This document shows positions 38,966 to 46,794 of a stretch of DNA of 64,000 nt, one piece after another. The notes beneath the pieces were generated by a model. The model was not told the origin of the DNA. It was given only the letters and a program-made list of their open reading frames with translations, and ran no database searches. Source of the DNA: a virus; the IMG/VR virus record IMGVR_UViG_3300042453_002354, positions 1 to 64,000 of that record; one strand, given 5' to 3'. The position numbers and the translations under genes were made by a program. Position 1 is the first letter of the stretch, and each line of letters opens with the position of its first letter.

Positions 38966-38973
38966 TATTTATA
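38966..38973 (-). promoter_or_regulatory. T4-type late promoter for the RCC1 array
   Basis: Exact TATAAATA ~42 nt upstream of the 38924 start. Confidence 0.75.
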
Positions 38974-39012
38974 GAAAGATATTTATTTTTTCACGATTCC
39001 ACAATTCAATTA

Positions 39013-39666
39013 TTAATTGGCCAAATAAACGATATAAACTCGTTCAGTGGTCAAAGGTGCATAAGCAAATATAATTGTATTACCGGATTCATTAATCGAA
39101 TATGAAACTCCAGGTTCTTGTATAACGCCATCACTAACAACTAACAAAGAAGAAGCATAAGTTACGGCATACTGTAATGCAAATTGTGTTGTCGAACCAT
39201 CCGTTGTCAAAACTTGTTTTGTAAAAGTGCTAACCGAACTACCACCGCCAGCTCCACCAACAGAACCGCCAGGCGCTACTAGATAATTTCCGGTTGCATA
39301 AGATACGTGTATTTCATCACCAGTCAAAGGTGCTGTATTAAATGTTATTGTTGTACCGGCGATTATATAACTATCAGAAGCGCCAGGATCTTGTAAAAGT
39401 CCATTCAAATAAACTTGCTCACTTCCAGCAACTACGACATTTGCGAGTGTATAAACTCTATTAGATCCATTTACCAGTCCACTTGGAATTTCTCTAGTTA
39501 TAAAAGCATTGTTTTCTAAATCAGAAACTCTGCCATCAATTCCAGATAAAATGGTTCCGTTTTCAATTTTACTCAAAGAAATATTGGCATTGGACGCAAC
39601 TTCACTGTTGGTTATAGTGGTACTTTGAATTTGTTTATTACCACGAATTTGAGTTATTGATGACAT
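39013..39666 (-). CDS. fibre adaptor protein with two adaptor domains
   Basis: QIRGNKQI tag; adaptor domain plus a second divergent copy (DGSTTQF...DGVIQEPG.SY...IIF.YAP). Confidence 0.7.
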   Translation of the reverse strand: MSSITQIRGNKQIQSTTITNSEVASNANISLSKIENGTILSGIDGRVSDLENNAFITREIPSGLVNGSNRVYTLANVVVAGSEQVYLNGLLQDPGASDSYIIAGTTITFNTAPLTGDEIHVSYATGNYLVAPGGSVGGAGGGSSVSTFTKQVLTTDGSTTQFALQYAVTYASSLLVVSDGVIQEPGVSYSINESGNTIIFAYAPLTTERVYIVYLAN

Positions 39667-39732
39667 CCGAAATACTCCTCAAGCTATTTAATTTTGTTTG
39701 TTCTACGCTTAAACACATTCTCTCCTTGAGTT

Positions 39733-40851
39733 TTATGAGATATATGCGTTTAATTCATATCTATTATCATCCATTCCATAAACTTGAAAGTGTAGCACTT
39801 TTTTAATTTTATTTCCTGTTTTGTCATATAATGATAAGTGATATTTATTAGTTTTACCAGGCGAAGGCTTTTTAGGGCCTGTACTGACCTCGTTAAAATA
39901 TTCATCATCATTAACTTCAAATCCTTTTCGTTTCACAAAATCCAAAACTTCTTTAACAGCACCGGAGAACGAAGAGTGGTAAACAGAGTACCCACTAGCG
40001 GACTTTACTGCTGAGTTTTTTTTTTCTTGTGCTTCGTTTACTCCTTTATGTGCCGGTCTGCTCTTAGGAACATCTAGAGCACTTGCAATCGCTTCCGCTG
40101 AATTTGGTATATCAAGTAGTGCCAAATCTTCTACAAATTCCATACCAGGTTCATTTGGTGCTGGATGTATTGAAACTTGACCTGTTGGATATTGGCACCA
40201 AAGTCTGTATGATCTCTTTGGATTATTAGGATCGCTTCTATCTATATCGCACAAAACATCTACTCTTTTTGGTGGTATGGGATCGTTTCTGAACCCAACG
40301 GCAGAATTAGGTTCTGCATTTGCAACATCAAGACCAGATTGTGATACTGGTTCTGCATCGGCCATTTCTTCTTTATCTTCTGCTCTTTCACTCAATTGCT
40401 TTTCTTCTTTGGTCGCTTCATTGTATGTAGGAGATGGATGTCTTCGATCTATTATAGAATTGATATCGGCATTATCTATGATTTTGTGTCTTTTTGTTGG
40501 AAACTTTTTTTCATAAAATTTGCCTTCTTTCATTGCAGCTTTATCGGCTGCATCACCGTATTCATTTTCATCTCGCCAATCTTCACCTTCAGTCATATCC
40601 TGTTCTGGATGCTGTGCGGCAAACTTCTTATAGTCATCAGCATACGATTCGTCTTTTGCTGTATATTGCGAATCGACATAGTTAAAAAACTCTTTCTTCT
40701 TATCATCTGAACCAAGTTCATCTGGCGATGAGATATTAAATTTCTTCATGGCCGCATGAAATACTTTGTCATATTCTGACATTTCTTCATTCATTATCTT
40801 TGTTATTGTATCGACGTATGCCGATTCTAAATCTTTAAAGCCTTTCATCAT
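39733..40851 (-). CDS. acidic multi-module putative prohead/internal protein
   Basis: Late promoter CATAAATA at 40882-40889; KKEFFNYVD and GPKKP..GKT...QVYGM...YELNAYI modules; many hydrophobic-x-E sites. Confidence 0.65.
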   Translation of the reverse strand: MMKGFKDLESAYVDTITKIMNEEMSEYDKVFHAAMKKFNISSPDELGSDDKKKEFFNYVDSQYTAKDESYADDYKKFAAQHPEQDMTEGEDWRDENEYGDAADKAAMKEGKFYEKKFPTKRHKIIDNADINSIIDRRHPSPTYNEATKEEKQLSERAEDKEEMADAEPVSQSGLDVANAEPNSAVGFRNDPIPPKRVDVLCDIDRSDPNNPKRSYRLWCQYPTGQVSIHPAPNEPGMEFVEDLALLDIPNSAEAIASALDVPKSRPAHKGVNEAQEKKNSAVKSASGYSVYHSSFSGAVKEVLDFVKRKGFEVNDDEYFNEVSTGPKKPSPGKTNKYHLSLYDKTGNKIKKVLHFQVYGMDDNRYELNAYIS

Positions 40852-40958
40852 GGTACTCCATAGTAGAAAATATTTCTAATCTATTTATGCAAATAAAAAA
40901 AGTCACAAGAAGTTGTAGCCTCTTGTAACTTAAAAAATATATTATATTTTTACTATAA

Positions 40959-41165
40959 TTACTGAGATACCACGGCATCAGCACCTTCTGAGGGTGCAGG
41001 CCGCAATTCGGCTTGTACGGAATTTGCAACGAGAACAAGACCTTCAAGAACCTGAGCAAATTGCGATGCAAATGCACCAGGAACACGGTCATAGTTTGCC
41101 AAAAAATTGTGAATTTTAACAAGAACATCTAGTTGTTCTTCTTTTGAGAGTACTCTTGGTTCCAT
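40959..41165 (-). CDS. hypothetical protein (own sigma70 promoter)
   Basis: GGAG SD; promoter at 41205-41233. Confidence 0.7.
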   Translation of the reverse strand: MEPRVLSKEEQLDVLVKIHNFLANYDRVPGAFASQFAQVLEGLVLVANSVQAELRPAPSEGADAVVSQ

Positions 41166-41204
41166 TATTTTTCTCCATTAATATGTGAAAACATACACGC
41201 AATA

Positions 41205-41233
41205 ATTGTATTATTATACTAATAATAAGTCAA
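41205..41233 (-). promoter_or_regulatory. sigma70-like early promoter
   Basis: TTGACT-17 nt-TACAAT. Confidence 0.65.
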
Positions 41234-41234
41234 T

Positions 41235-41270
41235 AAAAAAATAGACCCCACAAAATATGGGGTCTATTTT
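41235..41270 (-). terminator. rho-independent terminator
   Basis: ATAGACCCCA-7 nt-TGGGGTCTAT stem followed by a T-run on the minus strand. Confidence 0.85.
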
Positions 41271-41276
41271 AATAAC

Positions 41277-41303
41277 CCGCCACAACCTTTACGGTTATGG
41301 CGG
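41277..41303 (-). other. second 3' stem-loop after the fibre gene
   Basis: CCGCCATAACC-gtaaa-GGTTGTGGCGG; pairs fully (one G-U) only in the minus-strand RNA. Confidence 0.65.
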
Positions 41304-41315
41304 ATAATCATTTAA

Positions 41316-43358
41316 TTAGTCAACAACGTATGTTGCACGAAGAACATCACCAGACTGTGGTTGTGCACCAGATTCAAAGGTGATAACTGCACCAGATACG
41401 GTGTAGTCTGCACCAGCGCCAGGACGAAGAACAAGTCCGTTAAGCATAACTTGTAGCTTACCAGAAAGTGGTGTTGAAGCCAAGTTAAACGTTACGTTTG
41501 TTCCGTCAATTGTTCCCGATGGAGTTTCGTTGAAGATGAAGCTGCTTTCAGATACCTTTGCATTCAATTGTGTTTGAATTGCAGAAGTAACTCCCGAAAG
41601 ATATCCAAGTTCAGTCGAAGTAACCGAAGAAGCACTAGGTAGTCCATTTGCATCCGATACGAGAGCACGGCTAGCAGTCAAAAGACTTGCAGCGAATGCT
41701 GTACCAGCGGAATTCATATGGAGGAACGAATATGCACTTGCAGCCGAGAGGTTAGCATTACTACCACCACGTGACAATGCTAGTTGTGCTTCCGAAGACA
41801 TAACGCCTGTACCATCGTTCACAAGAACGTGACTTGCAGTTCCCGATGCGAGCTTGCTTCTAGCGATAGCGGCACTTGCCGAAACCTTAGAATCAACAAC
41901 TGCATCCGAAGCAAGTTTTGCTTCTGTTACGTTAGCATCTGCAATCTTAGCTGTAGTAACAGCACTGTCAGCAAGTTTTCCGGTAGTAACAGCACCATCG
42001 GCAAGTTTTCCGGTAGTAACATTACTATCAGCGATCTTAGCTGTAGTAACATTGCTATCAGCAATCTTAGCGGTTGTTACGTTAGAATCTGCGATCTTAG
42101 CTGTGGTAACAGCACTGTCAGCAAGTTCTGCGGTATTAACTGCACTATCGGCGAGCTTTGAGTTTGTTACAGCATTGTCTGCGATTTGTGCGCTATCAAC
42201 AGCACTATCGGCAATCTTTGCATTTGTAACAGCATCGTCGGCAATCTTAGCTGTGGTAACATTGCTATCAGCAATCTTAGCTGTCGTTACGTTAGAATCT
42301 GCAATCTTAGCTGTGGTAACAGCATCGGCTGCGAGCTTTGCGGTAGTAACGTTAAGATCGGTGATCTTCACAGTAGTAACAGCATCGTCTGCGAGCTTTC
42401 CGGTAGTAACATTAAGATCAGCAATCTTAGCGGTTGTTACGTTAGAGTCTGCAATCTTAGCGGTTGTTACGTTAGAATCTGCGATCTTAGCTGTGGTAAC
42501 AGCACTGTCAGCAATCTTGCTTGTGACAACTGCACTTGATGCAATCTTTGCTTCTGTTACGTTAGCATCAGCAATCTTTGATGTGATTACCGAATCGGCA
42601 GCGAGCTTTCCGGAAGCAATCGAAAGATTGACGAGCGAGAACGACAATTCGTTTGCGGCTGCAACGACATCAATTTCAGAGCTATCTGCAAGAGATTTGA
42701 ACTCGAAATTGCTTCCACTGAGCTGCTTGAATACGCCTTCTCCTGTACCTACGTTCGATGATGTCTGTGTACCAGCACCAGAGAACTGAGTAAATACGAG
42801 ATTGTCTGTACCAACTACAAGATTTGACTGACCAGTCAATACCCAAGAAGTATTAGGATTTACAGAACCTTCTTGTACGAATACAAGGTTTCCGCCTCTT
42901 ACTTCGGTACCAGGACTGTCATCGAAATCCGATGCACGACTCCAAGAACCAGAAGCAACAACGTAAACACCGTTATTTACTTGGTTTGTCTGATTCTTTA
43001 CAAGAACTCTATCATCAGCAACGAGCGATACGCCATCGACGGTAAGAAGTCCCGAAAGACTTGCAATGTTTGCGGTACTAGCAACACGAACTGCCTGCTT
43101 TACGCTAACACCAGCGGCAACATCTTGCAACTGTGAATAGGTAACTGCATCGTTCGGGTTAGAACCGGCACCAAGATTGGTTAGCTTAAAACCACCAGCA
43201 TCGTGGTTTGCTGTCCAAACCACTGAACCATCTTTCTTCAAGAAATTGCTACCATCTGCCAGCTTCGACGAAGCGATTGCGGCATCTGATGCAATCTCTG
43301 CATTTGTGATAGTACCAGACATAATCTGTGTATTACCACGGATTTTTAGTTGTGCCAT
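41316..43358 (-). CDS. long virion fibre protein with 10-aa repeats and a C-terminal adaptor domain
   Basis: KIRGNTQI tag; DAVT..QL and DRVLVKNQT...NGVYV phage fibre domains; ~24 repeats of xVTTAKIADx; C-terminal ETPSG.IDG.N...LNGL...PG domain. Confidence 0.85.
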   Translation of the reverse strand: MAQLKIRGNTQIMSGTITNAEIASDAAIASSKLADGSNFLKKDGSVVWTANHDAGGFKLTNLGAGSNPNDAVTYSQLQDVAAGVSVKQAVRVASTANIASLSGLLTVDGVSLVADDRVLVKNQTNQVNNGVYVVASGSWSRASDFDDSPGTEVRGGNLVFVQEGSVNPNTSWVLTGQSNLVVGTDNLVFTQFSGAGTQTSSNVGTGEGVFKQLSGSNFEFKSLADSSEIDVVAAANELSFSLVNLSIASGKLAADSVITSKIADANVTEAKIASSAVVTSKIADSAVTTAKIADSNVTTAKIADSNVTTAKIADLNVTTGKLADDAVTTVKITDLNVTTAKLAADAVTTAKIADSNVTTAKIADSNVTTAKIADDAVTNAKIADSAVDSAQIADNAVTNSKLADSAVNTAELADSAVTTAKIADSNVTTAKIADSNVTTAKIADSNVTTGKLADGAVTTGKLADSAVTTAKIADANVTEAKLASDAVVDSKVSASAAIARSKLASGTASHVLVNDGTGVMSSEAQLALSRGGSNANLSAASAYSFLHMNSAGTAFAASLLTASRALVSDANGLPSASSVTSTELGYLSGVTSAIQTQLNAKVSESSFIFNETPSGTIDGTNVTFNLASTPLSGKLQVMLNGLVLRPGAGADYTVSGAVITFESGAQPQSGDVLRATYVVD
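41880..42625. repeat. coding 30-bp tandem repeat array (~24 units)
   Basis: GCAATCTTAGC-type units every 30 nt; 42061-42124 is identical to 42451-42514. Confidence 0.9.
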
Positions 43359-43452
43359 ATATTTTTTCTCCTTATAAGGTTTGTATTTTCATAACATTGG
43401 CCAATATGCAATCGACACAAGGTATCGATCAAACATAATTTAAGATTACGTT

Positions 43453-43460
43453 TATTTATG
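43453..43460 (-). promoter_or_regulatory. late promoter for the long fibre gene
   Basis: CATAAATA ~95 nt upstream of the start; AAGGAG SD. Confidence 0.6.
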
Positions 43461-43466
43461 AAACTT

Positions 43467-43730
43467 TTATTTTCTAAAGTAGTCGATTATTAAAATATCT
43501 CCTGGCAATGGAGCATAGTTCATGACAAAGGTTTGATCATTAGGTATCACGTAGTCTAGAAACTCTCCTGGTCTCAACCTTAGACCATTTAAATATATTT
43601 GGCAATGATCATCATAGAATCTATATTTAGTAAAAAATATAGTGTTGGTTCCATCAATGTCACCAACAGGTTCCTCATTTTCTACGTGCCTCAAAGTGGC
43701 TGGCATTATCACTTGCGCTGCTGGCGACAT
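43467..43730 (-). CDS. stand-alone fibre adaptor domain protein
   Basis: EEPVGDIDGTN..F...IYLNGLRLRPG..DY....F..APLPGD. Confidence 0.7.
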   Translation of the reverse strand: MSPAAQVIMPATLRHVENEEPVGDIDGTNTIFFTKYRFYDDHCQIYLNGLRLRPGEFLDYVIPNDQTFVMNYAPLPGDILIIDYFRK

Positions 43731-44460
43731 CTATAGACTCCCTTTCAAAACTATTAGGTATCATTTCAGCATACGCATCGACCAGTTCGTCAGTACCAAC
43801 CTCTAGCGTATGTTTAGGTAAAAATCTATTATCTAATTTTTCTTCCTTTTTGTAAAATTCTAGGAATGATTGTAACACAAAATCTTCAGATTGCAAGTTT
43901 ATTTTTTTGCGTAATGTATTATACATTAATTTGGCCGCATCAGCTTTCAATCCAGACATTAAACCTTTACTGAATTCAGTAAAATTACCAGAGGATGCTA
44001 AAGATCTTAACTTTGAAGCACTCATTCCGGTAACATCATCTGCGTCAGGATCTCTTGCACCAGCACTTATGACTTTAACGGAGTCCGCATCAATAGACTT
44101 ACTTTTATCTGCAATATTTAGATAAGGTAAAATCATTGCTCTAAATGATTGTACTCTATCTTCACCGACAATTACAACAATTTCTTTGTATCCTTGATTG
44201 GCCAAATGCTGTAATGCTTGAAATGGCGTTTTTATGGATTCATCCTTTACAATAAATGGTGATATTTTTGGATAACCCAAGGAAATAAATTTAATCTTTT
44301 CGGCAAAACTCAAAGGATTCTTTTTTTTGTCTTGTGTGTGCGATACAAATAAAAATGGTCTAGCATCTATTTTCTTTGCCGTAGATAATACTTTATCAAG
44401 TAAAAGCTGGTGTCCCGATGTGGGTGGATTTAATCGACCAAATGTCATTACCGCTTTCAT
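43675..44460 (-). CDS. HIGH-superfamily (cytidyltransferase/NMNAT-like) nucleotidyltransferase
   Basis: TFGRLNPPTSGH, KNPLS, VGEDR, GMSASKLR. Confidence 0.85.
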   Translation of the reverse strand: MKAVMTFGRLNPPTSGHQLLLDKVLSTAKKIDARPFLFVSHTQDKKKNPLSFAEKIKFISLGYPKISPFIVKDESIKTPFQALQHLANQGYKEIVVIVGEDRVQSFRAMILPYLNIADKSKSIDADSVKVISAGARDPDADDVTGMSASKLRSLASSGNFTEFSKGLMSGLKADAAKLMYNTLRKKINLQSEDFVLQSFLEFYKKEEKLDNRFLPKHTLEVGTDELVDAYAEMIPNSFERESIDVASSASDNASHFEARRK

Positions 44461-44461
44461 A

Positions 44462-45673
44462 TTAGCCCCAATTTTTAGCGACAGTAAAGTTAAGTTTAGA
44501 AAATTCCAATCTATCCACTAATTTCAATGCAGTATTATCATTGGAGACTGCAACGAATCCTTCGGGATCTGTCACCTTAAAACCATCTTCAGTTTGTATA
44601 AATGTTCCTACTGTTTTGGTTTTCTTTAGTTTGGCTATTAACATTAATTTACAATCAATTAATAGCTTTTGTATTTCATACAGTTTATATAAGTTTTCTC
44701 TTGACGACTCCACAAAATCTATTAAATTTTGCAATCTTGAAGTTCTATCAATTTTTGACTTTTCTGTTTTAAGTTTATCTATTTCTACCTGAAACTTTTG
44801 TTTTATGAAGTTTATCAGTCCATCTACATGTGACTTCACATCGCCAATCGTTGAACCAACTTTTACATTTGCATTAAAATACATGTGCATATATGGCAAC
44901 AATTCAGAAGATGATAATTTATTTAATAGATTTTTTGTTTGTGAATCCATTAAACTTCTAATAGACTTAATTTTTACTGCTATTTGTTTAGTTTCTTCTT
45001 TTGTAAATGTTGCGGTACCGGATACATCTTTAAAAAATGCATCAGTAACCCAAACATTAGGATTTGATTTCAGTTTAGATATGTCCACATCAAACGATGC
45101 ACTAGAATCGGCTATGGTTGATCCTGTATATTTTGTGTGAAAAACAATTCCTATTTTGGCTTTTTGTATTTTCTTTGCAAAATCACTATCAAGAGGTACG
45201 GCATATGTGATGGTATTTGGTCTAAATGTTAAACAATTTTCTCCTTCAATCTCTTGCATCGAAACACTATCATCCGTAAATAATAAATCGCCTTGCAATA
45301 TTTCATTAAAATTTAATTTACTCAAATGTTGTAGTGCTACTTTTAATTTTTCAGCTAAAGCACCTTCGTGATTTTTGTTTATGTCGGTAACAGTATAATT
45401 AATTTTTGGTCCTACTTTGTTGAAAACGCTTTTAGTTCCAACAAAAAACTTACCAGTTTCTGGATCTTTACCACAAACAATAGCAGGAGCACCGTCCCAC
45501 TTTGTGGTTACTTTGACACTTTTGTTCGATGAAGTTGCTAACATTTTAGCAACAGATGTTATGAATCTAATTGCAGTAGATAAACCTTGCACACCTTTGT
45601 CGAACATCTCATCTTCCAAATGCGTTAAATGCACATTTTTAGATTCTTGTAGAAAAATGTTAAAAGATTTCAT
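44462..45673 (-). CDS. conserved T4-like protein (DUF6267-like) with ligase-type nucleotidyltransferase motifs
   Basis: HLTHLED, KWDG, QGDLL, PEGFV, KLVDRLEFS; N-terminus MKSFNIFLQE. Confidence 0.75.
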   Translation of the reverse strand: MKSFNIFLQESKNVHLTHLEDEMFDKGVQGLSTAIRFITSVAKMLATSSNKSVKVTTKWDGAPAIVCGKDPETGKFFVGTKSVFNKVGPKINYTVTDINKNHEGALAEKLKVALQHLSKLNFNEILQGDLLFTDDSVSMQEIEGENCLTFRPNTITYAVPLDSDFAKKIQKAKIGIVFHTKYTGSTIADSSASFDVDISKLKSNPNVWVTDAFFKDVSGTATFTKEETKQIAVKIKSIRSLMDSQTKNLLNKLSSSELLPYMHMYFNANVKVGSTIGDVKSHVDGLINFIKQKFQVEIDKLKTEKSKIDRTSRLQNLIDFVESSRENLYKLYEIQKLLIDCKLMLIAKLKKTKTVGTFIQTEDGFKVTDPEGFVAVSNDNTALKLVDRLEFSKLNFTVAKNWG

Positions 45674-45693
45674 TTTTTATTATGAGTATTAAT

Positions 45694-46302
45694 TTATTCT
45701 TTATCTAATGAATCCATTTTATCATCGCTTTCATAAGTTTTAAACTTATTTTTCATTCGCCAAGCTCTAGCATAAAGAACTTGTTTTCCTTTTTCGGGTC
45801 CATATTGTTTAATGAATCTGGCTTTATTCTTTTTAATCCAAGTTTCGTAATCTTTCCCTGGTGGCGAAACTTCATCTAATGATTCTTCTTCAGCAATTTT
45901 TGAAACTGGCGTGTCGGACCACATCTTACAAGACCAATAATTGGCTTTCCATTTTGGGCCTGGATCTGAACAATTATGTCTTGCTCTATAACTAGCTCTT
46001 CTTTCTGGATCATCTCTCTTAATTTCCATATTAGGATCGCCAAAATTAACTTTGACTACATTACCCTTGTCATTTTTGACATATACTGAAAACTTTTTAG
46101 GGCCGCCTGGTGTACGAAATGGTTTATTAAGTGTAACTTTTTTACCTTCGTGTTCAGATTCTTCGTGCATATCTTCACAATCATCTTCTTTCATACAAGA
46201 ACCTTTTTCATATGGTTTCTTGCCTGGCGTTGGTTTATAACCGTCCCAACATCTTTCGCTTAGTTCTTTTGATTCTTTTAGTATTTTGGATAATGTTTTC
46301 AT
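45694..46302 (-). CDS. conserved T4-like late protein (DUF6321-like)
   Basis: CWDGYK, LNKPFRTPGGPKKF.VYV, V.FGD, RARHNC, YWSC..W. Confidence 0.7.
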   Translation of the reverse strand: MKTLSKILKESKELSERCWDGYKPTPGKKPYEKGSCMKEDDCEDMHEESEHEGKKVTLNKPFRTPGGPKKFSVYVKNDKGNVVKVNFGDPNMEIKRDDPERRASYRARHNCSDPGPKWKANYWSCKMWSDTPVSKIAEEESLDEVSPPGKDYETWIKKNKARFIKQYGPEKGKQVLYARAWRMKNKFKTYESDDKMDSLDKE

Positions 46303-46371
46303 TTTAAATCTCTATGATATTCGGAATAGAAATGGATAATAATCTAAATAGATACACACAATGTTTCTTTG

Positions 46372-46379
46372 TATTTATA
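46372..46379 (-). promoter_or_regulatory. T4-type late promoter for the 46302-43467 operon
   Basis: Exact TATAAATA. Confidence 0.65.
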
Positions 46380-46401
46380 TTCCGTTACAAATAGACAAAA
46401 A

Positions 46402-46794
46402 ATGTACAACGACCTAGAAAAACTATTAGAAAAACTGATAGAACAAAACGAAAGAACTCAAGAACAAATTGATCATATCGTCAATTCTACGTTTCAATAC
46501 AAAAATGATATAACAACTATTGCCATAAAATTGGATGTACTCAGAGAAGATTGGCAAAAAATTTCAAAAATAATTCACGGCGATGGATTAATAGATCCAC
46601 TTTCATCAAGAATGCGAATAATTGAAATTAAATTAAAAGAAATGGAAGAACAAGTTGAGAACTTGGAAATCGAGAGTAGAAAAAATCTAGAAGCCGAAAG
46701 AACTAAATTTCAAAAAATACTAGTAGCGATAATAGGAGGAGTATTCACAATTATATCCTCCTTATTTGCTTGGCATATTGATTTAAAAAAATAA
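46402..46794 (+). CDS. coiled-coil protein with C-terminal TM helix (holin/XhlA-like candidate)
   Basis: Heptad-rich, ends with ILVAIIGGVFTIISSLFAW; CTAAATA upstream at ~46344. Confidence 0.6.
   Translation: MYNDLEKLLEKLIEQNERTQEQIDHIVNSTFQYKNDITTIAIKLDVLREDWQKISKIIHGDGLIDPLSSRMRIIEIKLKEMEEQVENLEIESRKNLEAERTKFQKILVAIIGGVFTIISSLFAWHIDLKK

Noticed and set aside
39667-39732. Orphan strong SD (AAGGAGAG) with micro-ORFs MFKRRTNKIK or MCLSVEQ...
   Set aside because: Too short, with poor SD spacing; cannot be told apart from chance or a deletion scar.
41880-42625. Regular 30-nt periodicity resembling a CRISPR array
   Set aside because: Units are contiguous, in frame, vary at synonymous positions and have no unique spacers; no cas genes.
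41784-42789. Long plus-strand ORFs (311, 125 and 117 aa) over the fibre gene
   Set aside because: Antisense shadows of a low-complexity 30-bp coding repeat; no SD or protein-like features.
43359-43452. Small palindromes in the fibre gene leader (ATCGATA/TGTCGAT, ATTGGCCAAT, CCTTATAAGG)
   Set aside because: Stems are short and AT-rich; no recognisable riboswitch or operator can be supported.
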